Origin: Auanema rhodensis
Lineage: Eukaryota; Animalia; Nematoda
Reading direction: 5' to 3'
Assembly (NCBI GenBank): GCA_964057225.1
Contig: OZ059897.1
Coordinates: 18,848,001-18,912,000 of the forward strand
DNA length: 64,000 nt
Numbering within the stretch: position 1 is the stretch's first letter; each line of letters begins with the position of its first letter. The notes beneath the pieces are model-generated. The model saw nothing but the letters and a program-made list of their open reading frames with translations. It was not told where the DNA came from and made no database searches. The position numbers and the translations under genes were made by a program. This document shows positions 25,624 to 40,700 of the stretch, in pieces.

Positions 25624-28600
25624 CATTTTTCAAGGCAAAGACGATGGACAATGTTATTCAACGAAAAAATTAATTCTTCAGGGTGAAAATCGAGGATATA
25701 AGTGTGAACTTATATCAGTTGATATCTCGGTGCATTTTTAAGCTAGCGCAAATCTGATAACACAGATCGACGCAGCTTAAAAATCCGCATCGAATGCACT
25801 ATACTACATTGAGAAACGCTTAATACAAAAATTAGTTATGATCGTTTGAAAAATGATGCATTAGTGTATGTTGAGTTTCCATGTACACTCAACATTGCTT
25901 CCAAAAACATTTTGACAAAAATTTTTTCGAAAAATTTCAAAATAATTTAGCAAAAAGTAGATGTTTTAAGATTCCATTTTTCAAGGCAAAGACGATGGAC
26001 AATGTTATTCAACGAAAAAATTAATTCTTCAGGGTGAAAATCGAGGATATAAGTGTGAACTTATATCAGTTGATATCTCGGTGCATTTTAAAGCTAGCGC
26101 AAATCTGATAACACAGATCGACGCAGCTTAAAAATCCGCATCGAATGCACTATACTACATTGAGAAACGCTTAATACAAAAATTAGTTATGATCGTTTGA
26201 AAAATGATGCATTAGTGTATGTTGAGTTTCCATGTACACTCAACATTGCTTCCAAAAACATTTTGACAAAAATTTTTTCGAAAAATTTCAAAATAATTTA
26301 GCAAAAAGTAGATGTTTTTAGATTCCTTTTTTCAAGGCAAAAACGATGGACAATGTTATTCAACGAAAAAATTATTTCTTCAGGGTGAAAATCGAGGATA
26401 TAAGTGTGAACTTATATCAGTTGATATCTCGGTGCATTTTTAAGCTAGCGCAAATCTGATAACACAGATCGACGCAGCTTAAAAATCCGGATCGAATGCA
26501 CTATACTACATTAAGAAACACTTGATACAAAAATTAGTTATGATCGTTCGAAAAATGATGCATTAGTGTATGTTGAGTTTCCATGTACACTCAACATTGC
26601 TTCCAAAAACATTTTGACAAAAATTTTTTCGAAAAATTTCAAAATAATTTAGCAAAAAGTAGATGTTTTTAGATTCCATTTTTCAAGGCAAAGACGATGG
26701 ACAATGTTATTCAACGAAAAAATTAATTCTTCAGGGTGAAAATCGAGGATATAAGTGTGAACTTATATCAGTTGATATCTCGGTGCATTTTTAAGCTAGC
26801 GCAAATCTGATAACACAGATCGACGCAGCTTAAAAATCCGCATCGAATGCACTATACTACATTGAGAAACGCTTAATACAAAAATTAGTTATGATCGTTT
26901 GAAAAATGATGCATTAGTGTATGTTGAGTTTCCATGTACACTCAACATTGCTTCCAAAAACATTTTGACTAAAATTTTTTCGAAAAATTTCAAAATAATT
27001 TAGCAAAAAGTAGATGTTTTAAGATTCCATTTTTCAAGGCAAAGACGATGGACAATGTTATTCAACGAAAAAATTAATTCTTCAGGGTGAAAATCGAGGA
27101 TATAAGTGTGAACTTATATCAGTTGATATCTCGGTGCATTTTTAAGCTAGCGCAAATCTGATAACACAGATCGACGCAGCTTAAAAATCCGCATCGAATG
27201 CACTATACTACATTGAGAAACGCTTAATACAAAAATTAGTTATGATCGTTTGAAAAATTATGCATTAGTGTATGTTGAGTTTCCATGTACACTCAACATT
27301 GCTTCCAAAAACATTTTGACAAAAATTTTTTCGAAAAATTTCAAAATAATTTAGCGAAAAGTAGATGTTTTTAGATTCCATTTTTCAAGGCAAAGACGAT
27401 GGACAATGTTATTCAACGAAAAAATTAATTCTTCAGGGTGAAAATCGAGGATATAAGTGTGAACTTATATCAGTTGATATCTCGGTGCATTTTTAAGCTA
27501 GCGCAAATCTGATAACACAGATCGACGCAGCTTAAAAATCCGCATCGAATGCACTATACTACATTGAGAAACGCTTAATACAAAAATTAGTTATGATCGT
27601 TTGAAAAATGATGCATTAGTGTATGTTGAGTTTCCATGTACACTCAACATTGCTTCCAAAAACATTTTGACAAAAATTTTTTCGAAAAATTTCAAAATAA
27701 TTTAGCAAAAAATAGATGTTTTTAGATTCCATTTTTCAAGGCAAAAACGATGGACAATGTTATTCAACGAAAAAATTATTTCTTCAGGGTGAAAATCGAG
27801 GATATAAGTGTGAACTTATATCAGTTGATATCTCGGTGCATTTTTAAGCTAGCGCAAATCTGATAACACAGATCGACGCAGCTTAAAAATCCGGATCGAA
27901 TGCACTATACTACATTAAGAAACACTTGATACAAAAATTAGTTATGATCGTTTGAAAAATGATGCATTAGTGTATGTTGAGTTTCCATGTACACTCAACA
28001 TTGCTTCCAAAAACATTTTGACAAAAATTTTTTCGAAAAATTTCAAAATAATTTAGCAAAAAGTAGATGTTTTTAGATTCCATTTTTCAAGGCAAAGACG
28101 ATGGACAATGTTATTCAACGAAGAAATTAATTCTTCAGGGTGAAAATCGAGGATATAAGTGTGAACTTATATCAGTTGATATCTCGGTGCATTTTTAAGC
28201 TAGCGCAAATCTGATAACACAGATCGACGCAGCTTAAAAATCCGGATCGAATGCACTATACTACATTAAGAAACACTTGATACAAAAATTAGTTATGATC
28301 GTTCGAAAAATGATGCATTAGTGTATGTTGAGTTTCCATGTACACTCAACATTGCTTCCAAAAACATTTTGACAAAAATTTTTTCGAAAAATTTCAAAAT
28401 AATTTAGCAAAAAGTAGATGTTTTTAGATTCCATTTTTCAAGGCAAAGACGATGGACAATGTTATTCAACGAAAAAATTAATTCTTCAGGGTGAAAATCG
28501 AGGATATAAGTGTGAACTTATATCAGTTGATATCTCGGTGCATTTTTAAGCTAGCGCAAATCTGATAACACAGATCGACGCAGCTTAAAAATCCGCATCG

Positions 28601-30888
28601 AATGCACTATACTACATTGAGAAACGCTTAATACAAAAATTAGTTATGATCGTTTGAAAAATGATGCATTAGTGTATGTTGAGTTTCCATGTACACTCAA
28701 CATTGCTTCCAAAAACATTTTGACAAAAATTTTTTCGAAAAATTTCAAAATAATTTAGCAAAAAGTAGATGTTTTAAGATTCCATTTTTCAAGGCAAAGA
28801 CGATGGACAATGTTATTCAACGAAAAAATTAATTCTTCAGGGTGAAAATCGAGGATATAAGTGTGAACTTATATCAGTTGATATCTCGGTGCATTTTAAA
28901 GCTAGCGCAAATCTGATAACACAGATCGACGCAGCTTAAAAATCCGCATCGAATGCACTATACTACATTGAGAAACGCTTAATACAAAAATTAGTTATGA
29001 TCGTTTGAAAAATGATGCATTAGTGTATGTTGAGTTTCCATGTACACTCAACATTGCTTCCAAAAACATTTTGACAAAAATTTTTTCGAAAAATTTCAAA
29101 ATAATTTAGCAAAAAGTAGATGTTTTTAGATTCCTTTTTTCAAGGCAAAAACGATGGACAATGTTATTCAACGAAAAAATTATTTCTTCAGGGTGAAAAT
29201 CGAGGATATAAGTGTGAACTTATATCAGTTGATATCTCGGTGCATTTTTAAGCTAGCGCAAATCTGATAACACAGATCGACGCAGCTTAAAAATCCGGAT
29301 CGAATGCACTATACTACATTAAGAAACACTTGATACAAAAATTAGTTATGATCGTTCGAAAAATGATGCATTAGTGTATGTTGAGTTTCCATGTACACTC
29401 AACATTGCTTCCAAAAACATTTTGACAAAAATTTTTTCGAAAAATTTCAAAATAATTTAGCAAAAAGTAGATGTTTTTAGATTCCATTTTTCAAGGCAAA
29501 GACGATGGACAATGTTATTCAACGAAAAAATTAATTCTTCAGGGTGAAAATCGAGGATATAAGTGTGAACTTATATCAGTTGATATCTCGGTGCATTTTT
29601 AAGCTAGCGCAAATCTGATAACACAGATCGACGCAGCTTAAAAATCCGCATCGAATGCACTATACTACATTGAGAAACGCTTAATACAAAAATTAGTTAT
29701 GATCGTTTGAAAAATGATGCATTAGTGTATGTTGAGTTTCCATGTACACTCAACATTGCTTCCAAAAACATTTTGACAAAACTTTTTTCGAAAAATTTCA
29801 AAATAATTTAGCAAAAAGTAGATGTTTTAAGATTCCATTTTTCAAGGCAAAGACGATGGACAATGTTATTCAACGAAAAAATTAATTCTTCAGGGTGAAA
29901 ATCGAGGATATAAGTGTGAACTTATATCAGTTGATATCTCGGTGCATTTTAAAGCTAGCGCAAATCTGATAACACAGATCGACGCAGCTTAAAAATCCGC
30001 ATCGAATGCACTATACTACATTGAGAAACGCTTAATACAAAAATTAGTTATGATCGTTTGAAAAATGATGCATTAGTGTATGTTGAGTTTCCATGTACAC
30101 TCAACATTGCTTCCAAAAACATTTTGACAAAAATTTTTTCGAAAAATTTCAAAATAATTTAGCGAAAAGTAGATGTTTTTAGATTCCATTTTTCAAGGCA
30201 AAGACGATGGACAATGTTATTCAACGAAAAAATTAATTCTTCAGGGTGAAAATCGAGGATATAAGTGTGAACTTATATCAGTTGATATCTCGGTGCATTT
30301 TTAAGCTAGCGCAAATCTGATAACACAGATCGACGCAGCTTAAAAATCCGCATCGAATGCACTATACTACATTGAGAAACGCTTAATACAAAAATTAGTT
30401 ATGATCGTTTGAAAAATGATGCATTAGTGTATGTTGAGTTTCCATGTACACTCAACATTGCTTCCAAAAACATTTTGACAAAAATTTTTTCGAAAAATTT
30501 CAAAATAATTTAGCAAAAAATAGATGTTTTTAGATTCCATTTTTCAAGGCAAAAACGATGGACAATGTTATTCAACGAAAAAATTATTTCTTCAGGGTGA
30601 AAATCGAGGATATAAGTGTGAACTTATATCAGTTGATATCTCGGTGCATTTTTAAGCTAGCGCAAATCTGATAACACAGATCGACGCAGCTTAAAAATCC
30701 GGATCGAATGCACTATACTACATTAAGAAACACTTGATACAAAAATTAGTTATGATCGTTTGAAAAATGATGCATTAGTGTATGTTGAGTTTCCATGTAC
30801 ACTCAACATTGCTTCCAAAAACATTTTGACAAAAATTTTTTCGAAAAATTTCAAAATAATTTAGCAAAAAGTAGATGTTTTTAGATTC
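25273..30888. repeat. 8-monomer (2808-bp) tandem duplication, slightly diverged
   Basis: Copies 73-80 match copies 81-88 in variant order. Private differences are at 26970, 27259, 29782 and 29951. Confidence 0.8.
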
Positions 30889-33800
30889 CATTTTTCAAGG
30901 CAAAGACGATGGACAATGTTATTCAACGAAAAAATTAATTCTTCAGGGTGAAAATCGAGGATATAAGTGTGAACTTATATCAGTTGATATCTCGGTGCAT
31001 TTTTAAGCTAGCGCAAATCTGATAACACAGATCGACGCAGCTTAAAAATCCGCATCGAATGCACTATACTACATTGAGAAACGCTTAATACAAAAATTAG
31101 TTATGATCGTTTGAAAAATGATGCATTAGTGTATGTTGAGTTTCCATGTACACTCAACATTGCTTCCAAAAACATTTTGACAAAAATTTTTTCGAAAAAT
31201 TTCAAAATAATTTAGCAAAAAGTAGATGTTTTAAGATTCCATTTTTCAAGGCAAAGACGATGGACAATGTTATTCAACGAAAAAATTAATTCTTCAGGGT
31301 GAAAATCGAGGATATAAGTGTGAACTTATATCAGTTGATATCTCGGTGCATTTTAAAGCTAGCGCAAATCTGATAACACAGATCGACGCAGCTTAAAAAT
31401 CCGCATCGAATGCACTATACTACATTGAGAAACGCTTAATACAAAAATTAGTTATGATCGTTTGAAAAATGATGCATTAGTGTATGTTGAGTTTCCATGT
31501 ACACTCAACATTGCTTCCAAAAACATTTTGACAAAAATTTTTTCGAAAAATTTCAAAATAATTTAGCGAAAAGTAGATGTTTTTAGATTCCATTTTTCAA
31601 GGCAAAGACGATGGACAATGTTATTCAACGAAAAAATTAATTCTTCAGGGTGAAAATCGAGGATATAAGTGTGAACTTATATCAGTTGATATCTCGGTGC
31701 ATTTTTAAGCTAGCGCAAATCTGATAACACAGATCGACGCAGCTTAAAAATCCGCATCGAATGCACTATACTACATTGAGAAACGCTTAATACAAAAATT
31801 AGTTATGATCGTTTGAAAAATGATGCATTAGTGTATGTTGAGTTTCCATGTACACTCAACATTGCTTCCAAAAACATTTTGACAAAAATTTTTTCGAAAA
31901 ATTTCAAAATAATTTAGCAAAAAATAGATGTTTTTAGATTCCATTTTTCAAGGCAAAGACGATGGACAATGTTATTCAACGAAAAAATTAATTCTTCAGG
32001 GTGAAAATCGAGGATATAAGTGTGAACTTATATCAGTTGATATCTCGGTGCATTTTTAAGCTAGCGCAAATCTGATAACACAGATCGACGCAGCTTAAAA
32101 ATCCGCATCGAATGCACTATACTACATTAAGAAACGCTTGATACAAGAATTAGTTATGATCGTTTGAAAAATGATGCATTAGTGTATGTTGAGTTTCCAT
32201 GTACACTCAACATTGCTTCCAAAAACATTTTGACAAAAATTTTTTCGAAAAATTTCAAAATAATTTAGCGAAAAGTAGATGTTTTTAGATTCCATTTTTC
32301 AAGGCAAAGACGATGGACAATGTTATTCAACGAAAAAATTAATTCTTCAGGGTGAAAATCGAGGATATAAGTGTGAACTTATATCAGTTGATATCTCGGT
32401 GCATTTTTAAGCTAGCGCAAATCTGATAACACAGATCGACGCAGCTTAAAAATCCGCATCGAATGCACTATACTACATTGAGAAACGCTTAATACAAAAA
32501 TTAGTTATGATCGTTTGAAAAATGATGCATTAGTGTATGTTGAGTTTCCATGTACACTCAACATTGCTTCCAAAAACATTTTGACAAAAATTTTTTCGAA
32601 AAATTTCAGAATAATTTAGCAAAAAATAGATGTTTTTAGATTCCATTTTTCAAGGCAAAAACGATGGACAATGTTATTCAACGAAAAAATTAATTCTTCA
32701 GGGTGAAAATCGAGGATATAAGTGTGAACTTATATCAGTTGATATCTCGGTGCATTTTTAAGCTAGCGCAAATCTGATAACACAGATCGACGCAGCTTAA
32801 AAATCCGCATCGAATGCACTATACTACATTAAGAAACGCTTGATACAAGAATTAGTTATGATCGTTTGAAAAATGATGCATTAGTGTATGTTGAGTTTCC
32901 ATGTACACTCAACATTGCTTCCAAAAACATTTTGACAAAAATTTTTTCGAAAAATTTCAAAATAATTTAGCAAAAAGTAGATGTTTTTAAATTCCATTTT
33001 TCAAGGCAAAGACGATGGACAATGTTATTCAACGAAAAAATTAATTCTTCAGGGTGAAAATCGAGGATATAAGTGTGAACTTATATCAGTTGATATCTCG
33101 GTGCATTTTTAAGCTAGCGCAAATCTGATAACACAGATCGACGCAGCTTAAAAATCCGGATCGAATGCACTATACTACATTAAGAAACACTTGATACAAA
33201 AATTAGTTATGATCGTTTGAAAAATGATGCATTAGTGTATGTTGAGTTTCCATGTACACTCAACATTGCTTCCAAAAACATTTTGACAAAAATTTTTTCG
33301 AAAAATTTCAAAATAATTTAGCAAAAAATAGATGTTTTTAGATTCCATTTTTCAAGGCAAAGACGATGGACAATGTTATTCAACGAAAAAATTAATTCTT
33401 CAGGGTGAAAATCGAGGATATAAGTGTGAACTTATATCAGTTGATATCTCGGTGCATTTTTAAGCTAGCGCAAATCTGATAACACAGATCGACGCAGCTT
33501 AAAAATCCGGATCGAATGCACTATACTACATTAAGAAACACTTGATACAAAAATTAGTTATGATCGTTTGAAAAATGATGCATTAGTGTATGTTGAGTTT
33601 CCATGTACACTCAACATTGCTTCCAAAAACATTTTGACAAAAATTTTTTCGAAAAATTTCAAAATAATTTAGCAAAAAATAGATGTTTTTAGATTCCATT
33701 TTTCAAGGCAAAGACGATGGACAATGTTATTCAACGAAAAAATTAATTCTTCAGGGTGAAAATCGAGGATATAAGTGTGAACTTATATCAGTTGATATCT

Positions 33801-34799
33801 CGGTGCATTTTTAAGCTAGCGCAAATCTGATAACACAGATCGACGCAGCTTAAAAATCCGCATCGAATGCACTATACTACATTAAGAAACGCTTGATACA
33901 AGAATTAGTTATGATCGTTTGAAAAATGATGCATTAGTGTATGTTGAGTTTCCATGTACACTCAACATTGCTTCCAAAAACATTTTGACAAAAATTTTTT
34001 CGAAAAATTTCAAAATAATTTAGCAAAAAGTAGATGTTTTTAGATTCCATTTTTCAAGGCAAAGACGATGGACAATGTTATTCAACGAAAAAATTAATTC
34101 TTCAGGGTGAAAATCGAGGATATAAGTGTGAACTTATATCAGTTGATATCTCGGTGCATTTTTAAGCTAGCGCAAATCTGATAACACAGATCGACGCAGC
34201 TTAAAAATCCGCATCGAATGCACTATACTACATTAAGAAACGCTTGATACAAGAATTAGTTATGATCGTTTGAAAAATGATGCATTAGTGTATGTTGAGT
34301 TTCCATGTACACTCAACATTGCTTCCAAAAACATTTTGACAAAAATTTTTTCGAAAAATTTCAAAATAATTTAGCAAAAAGTAGATGTTTTAAGATTCCA
34401 TTTTTCAAGGCAAAGACGATGGACAATGTTATTCAACGAAAAAATTAATTCTTCAGGGTGAAAATCGAGGATATAAGTGTGAACTTATATCAGTTGATAT
34501 CTCGGTGCATTTTAAAGCTAGCGCAAATCTGATAACACAGATCGACGCAGCTTAAAAATCCGCATCGAATGCACTATACTACATTGAGAAACGCTTAATA
34601 CAAAAATTAGTTATGATCGTTTGAAAAATGATGCATTAGTGTATGTTGAGTTTCCATGTACACTCAACATTGCTTCCAAAAACATTTTGACAAAAATTTT
34701 TTCGAAAAATTTCAAAATAATTTAGCGAAAAGTAGATGTTTTTAGATTCCATTTTTCAAGGCAAAGACGATGGACAATGTTATTCAACGAAAAAATTAA

Positions 34800-37700
34800 T
34801 TCTTCAGGGTGAAAATCGAGGATATAAGTGTGAACTTATATCAGTTGATATCTCGGTGCATTTTTAAGCTAGCGCAAATCTGATAACACAGATCGACGCA
34901 GCTTAAAAATCCGGATCGAATGCACTATACTACATTAAGAAACACTTGATACAAAAATTAGTTATGATCGTTTGAAAAATGATGCATTAGTGTATGTTGA
35001 GTTTCCATGTACACTCAACATTGCTTCCAAAAACATTTTGACAAAAATTTTTTCGAAAAATTTCAAAATAATTTAGCAAAAAGTAGATGTTTTTAGATTC
35101 CTTTTTTCAAGGCAAAAACGATGGACAATGTTATTCAACGAAAAAATTATTTCTTCAGGGTGAAAATCGAGGATATAAGTGTGAACTTATATCAGTTGAT
35201 ATCTCGGTGCATTTTTAAGCTAGCGCAAATCTGATAACACAGATCGACGCAGCTTAAAAATCCGCATCGAATGCACTATACTACATTGAGAAACGCTTAA
35301 TACAAAAATTAGTTATGATCGTTTGAAAAATGATGCATTAGTGTATGTTGAGTTTCCATGTACACTCAACATTGCTTCCAAAAACATTTTGACAAAAATT
35401 TTTTCGAAAAATTTCAAAATAATTTAGCAAAAAATAGATGTTTTTAGATTCCATTTTTCAAGGCAAAAACGATGGACAATGTTATTCAACGAAAAAATTA
35501 ATTCTTCAGGGTGAAAATCGAGGATATAAGTGTGAACTTATATCAGTTGATATCTCGGTGCATTTTTAAGCTAGCGCAAATCTGATAACACAGATCGACG
35601 CAGCTTAAAAATCCGCATCGAATGCACTATACTACATTAAGAAACGCTTGATACAAGAATTAGTTATGATCGTTTGAAAAATGATGCATTAGTGTATGTT
35701 GAGTTTCCATGTACACTCAACATTGCTTCCAAAAACATTTTGACAAAAATTTTTTCGAAAAATTTCAAAATAATTTAGCAAAAAGTAGATGTTTTAAGAT
35801 TCCATTTTTCAAGGCAAAGACGATGGACAATGTTATTCAACGAAAAAATTAATTCTTCAGGGTGAAAATCGAGGATATAAGTGTGAACTTATATCAGTTG
35901 ATATCTCGGTGCATTTTAAAGCTAGCGCAAATCTGATAACACAGATCGACGCAGCTTAAAAATCCGCATCGAATGCACTATACTACATTGAGAAACGCTT
36001 AATACAAAAATTAGTTATGATCGTTTGAAAAATGATGCATTAGTGTATGTTGAGTTTCCATGTACACTCAACATTGCTTCCAAAAACATTTTGACAAAAA
36101 TTTTTTCGAAAAATTTCAAAATAATTTAGCGAAAAGTAGATGTTTTTAGATTCCATTTTTCAAGGCAAAGACGATGGACAATGTTCTTCAACGAAAAAAT
36201 TAATTTTTCAGGGTGAAAATCGAGGATATAAGTGTGAACTTATATCAGTTGATATCTCGGTGCATTTTTAAGCTAGCGCAAATCTGATAACACAGATCGA
36301 CGCAGCTTAAAAATCCGCATCGAATGCACTATACTACATTGAGAAACGCTTAATACAAAAATTAGTTATGATCGTTTGAAAAATGATGCATTAGTGTATG
36401 TTGAGTTTCCATGTACACTCAACATTGCTTCCAAAAACATTTTGACAAAAATTTTTTCGAAAAATTTCAAAATAATTTAGCAAAAAGTAGATGTTTTTAG
36501 ATTCCTTTTTTCAAGGCAAAAACGATGGACAATGTTATTCAACGAAAAAATTATTTCTTCAGGGTGAAAATCGAGGATATAAGTGTGAACTTATATCAGT
36601 TGATATCTCGGTGCATTTTTAAGCTAGCGCAAATCTGATAACACAGATCGACGCAGCTTAAAAATCCGCATCGAATGCACTATACTACATTGAGAAACGC
36701 TTAATACAAAAATTAGTTATGATCGTTTGAAAAATGATGCATTAGTGTATGTTGAGTTTCCATGTACACTCAACATTGCTTCCAAAAACATTTTGACAAA
36801 AATTTTTTCGAAAAATTTCAAAATAATTTAGCAAAAAATAGATGTTTTTAGATTCCATTTTTCAAGGCAAAAACGATGGACAATGTTATTCAACGAAAAA
36901 ATTAATTCTTCAGGGTGAAAATCGAGGATATAAGTGTGAACTTATATCAGTTGATATCTCGGTGCATTTTTAAGCTAGCGCAAATCTGATAACACAGATC
37001 GACGCAGCTTAAAAATCCGCATCGAATGCACTATACTACATTAAGAAACGCTTGATACAAGAATTAGTTATGATCGTTTGAAAAATGATGCATTAGTGTA
37101 TGTTGAGTTTCCATGTACACTCAACATTGCTTCCAAAAACATTTTGACAAAAATTTTTTCGAAAAATTTCAAAATAATTTAGCAAAAAGTAGATGTTTTT
37201 AAATTCCATTTTTCAAGGCAAAGACGATGGACAATGTTATTCAACGAAAAAATTAATTCTTCAGGGTGAAAATCGAGGATATAAGTGTGAACTTATATCA
37301 GTTGATATCTCGGTGCATTTTTAAGCTAGCGCAAATCTGATAACACAGATCGACGCAGCTTAAAAATCCGGATCGAATGCACTATACTACATTAAGAAAC
37401 ACTTGATACAAAAATTAGTTATGATCGTTTGAAAAATGATGCATTAGTGTATGTTGAGTTTCCATGTACACTCAACATTGCTTCCAAAAACATTTTGACA
37501 AAAATTTTTTCGAAAAATTTCAAAATAATTTAGCAAAAAGTAGATGTTTTTAGATTCCATTTTTCAAGGCAAAGACGATGGACAATGTTATTCAACGAAA
37601 AAATTAATTCTTCAGGGTGAAAATCGAGGATATAAGTGTGAACTTATATCAGTTGATATCTCGGTGCATTTTTAAGCTAGCGCAAATCTGATAACACAGA

Positions 37701-40700
37701 TCGACGCAGCTTAAAAATCCGCATCGAATGCACTATACTACATTGAGAAACGCTTAATACAAAAATTAGTTATGATCGTTTGAAAAATGATGCATTAGTG
37801 TATGTTGAGTTTCCATGTACACTCAACATTGCTTCCAAAAACATTTTGACAAAAATTTTTTCGAAAAATTTCAAAATAATTTAGCAAAAAGTAGATGTTT
37901 TAAGATTCCATTTTTCAAGGCAAAGACGATGGACAATGTTATTCAACGAAAAAATTAATTCTTCAGGGTGAAAATCGAGGATATAAGTGTGAACTTATAT
38001 CAGTTGATATCTCGGTGCATTTTAAAGCTAGCGCAAATCTGATAACACAGATCGACGCAGCTTAAAAATCCGCATCGAATGCACTATACTACATTGAGAA
38101 ACGCTTAATACAAAAATTAGTTATGATCGTTTGAAAAATGATGCATTAGTGTATGTTGAGTTTCCATGTACACTCAACATTGCTTCCAAAAACATTTTGA
38201 CAAAAATTTTTTCGAAAAATTTCAAAATAATTTAGCGAAAAGTAGATGTTTTTAGATTCCATTTTTCAAGGCAAAGACGATGGACAATGTTCTTCAACGA
38301 AAAAATTAATTTTTCAGGGTGAAAATCGAGGATATAAGTGTGAACTTATATCAGTTGATATCTCGGTGCATTTTTAAGCTAGCGCAAATCTGATAACACA
38401 GATCGACGCAGCTTAAAAATCCGCATCGAATGCACTATACTACATTGAGAAACGCTTAATACAAAAATTAGTTATGATCGTTTGAAAAATGATGCATTAG
38501 TGTATGTTGAGTTTCCATGTACACTCAACATTGCTTCCAAAAACATTTTGACAAAAATTTTTTCGAAAAATTTCAAAATAATTTAGCAAAAAGTAGATGT
38601 TTTTAGATTCCTTTTTTCAAGGCAAAAACGATGGACAATGTTATTCAACGAAAAAATTATTTCTTCAGGGTGAAAATCGAGGATATAAGTGTGAACTTAT
38701 ATCAGTTGATATCTCGGTGCATTTTTAAGCTAGCGCAAATCTGATAACACAGATCGACGCAGCTTAAAAATCCGGATCGAATGCACTATACTACATTAAG
38801 AAACACTTGATACAAAAATTAGTTATGATCGTTTGAAAAATGATGCATTAGTGTATGTTGAGTTTCCATGTACACTCAACACTGCTTCCAAAAACATTTT
38901 GACAAAAATTTTTTCAAAAAATTTCAAAATAATTTAGCAAAAAGTAGATGTTTTTAGATTCCATTTTTCAAGGCAAAGACGATGGACAATGTTATTCAAC
39001 GAAAAAATTAATTCTTCAGGGTGAAAATCGAGGATATAAGTGTGAACTTATATCAGTTGATATCTCGGCGCATTTTTAAGCTAGCGCAAATCTGATAACA
39101 CAGATCGACGCAGCTTAAAAATCCGCATCGAATGCACTATACTACATTGAGAAACGCTTAATACAAAAATTAGTTATGATCGTTTGAAAAATGATGCATT
39201 AGTGTATGTTGAGTTTCCATGTACACTCAACATTGCTTCCAAAAACATTTTGACAAAAATTTTTTCGAAAAATTTCAAAATAATTTAGCAAAAAGTAGAT
39301 GTTTTTAGATTCCTTTTTTCAAGGCAAAAACGATGGACAATGTTATTCAACGAAAAAATTATTTCTTCAGGGTGAAAATCGAGGATATAAGTGTGAAGTT
39401 ATATCAGTTGATATCTCGGTGCATTTTTAAGCTAGCGCAAATCTGATAACACAGATCGACGCAGCTTAAAAATCCGGATCGAATGCACTATACTACATTA
39501 AGAAACACTTGATACAAAAATTAGTTATGATCGTTTGAAAAATGATGCATTAGTGTATGTTGAGTTTCCATGTACACTCAACATTGCTTCCAAAAACATT
39601 TTGACAAAAATTTTTTCAAAAAATTTCAAAATAATTTAGCAAAAAGTAGATGTTTTTAGATTCCATTTTTCAAGGCAAAGACGATGGACAATCTTATTCA
39701 ACGAAAAAATTAATTCTTCAGGGTGAAAATCGAGGATATAAGTGTGAACTTATATCAGTTGATATCTCGGTGCATTTCTAAGCTAGCACAAATCTGATAA
39801 CACAGATCGACGCAGCTTAAAAATCCGCATCGAATGCACTATACTACATTGAGAAACGCTTAATACAAAAATTAGTTATGATCGTTTGAAAAATGATGCA
39901 TTAGTGTATGTTGAGTTTCCATGTACACTCAACATTGCTTCCAAAAACATTTTGACAAAAATTTTTTCGAAAAATTTCAAAATAATTTAGCAAAAAATAG
40001 ATGTTTTTAGATTCCATTTTTCAAGGCAAAGACGATGGACAATGTTATTCAACGAAAAAATTAATTCTTCAGGGTGAAAATCGAGGATATAAGTGTGAAC
40101 TTATATCAGTTGATATCTCGGTGCATTTTTAAGCTAGCGCAAATCTGATAACACAGATCGACGCAGCTTAAAAATCCGCATCGAATGCACTATACTACAT
40201 TAAGAAACGCTTAATACAAAAATTAGTTATGATCGTTTGAAAAATGATGCATTAGTGTATGTTGAGTTTCCATGTACACTCAACATTGCTTCCAAAAACA
40301 TTTTGACAAAAATTTTTTCGAAAAATTTCAAAATAATTTAGCAAAAAGTAGATGTTTTTAGATTCCTTTTTTCAAGGCAAAAACGATGGACAATGTTATT
40401 CAACGAAAAAATTATTTCTTCAGGGTGAAAATCGAGGATATAAGTGTGAACTTATATCAGTTGATATCTCGGTGCATTTTTAAGCTAGCGCAAATCTGAT
40501 AACACAGATCGACGCAGCTTAAAAATCCGGATCGAATGCACTATACTACATTAAGAAACACTTGATACAAAAATTAGTTATGATCGTTTGAAAAATGATG
40601 CATTAGTGTATGTTGAGTTTCCATGTACACTCAACATTGCTTCCAAAAACATTTTGACAAAAATTTTTTCGAAAAATTTCAAAATAATTTAGCAAAAAAT

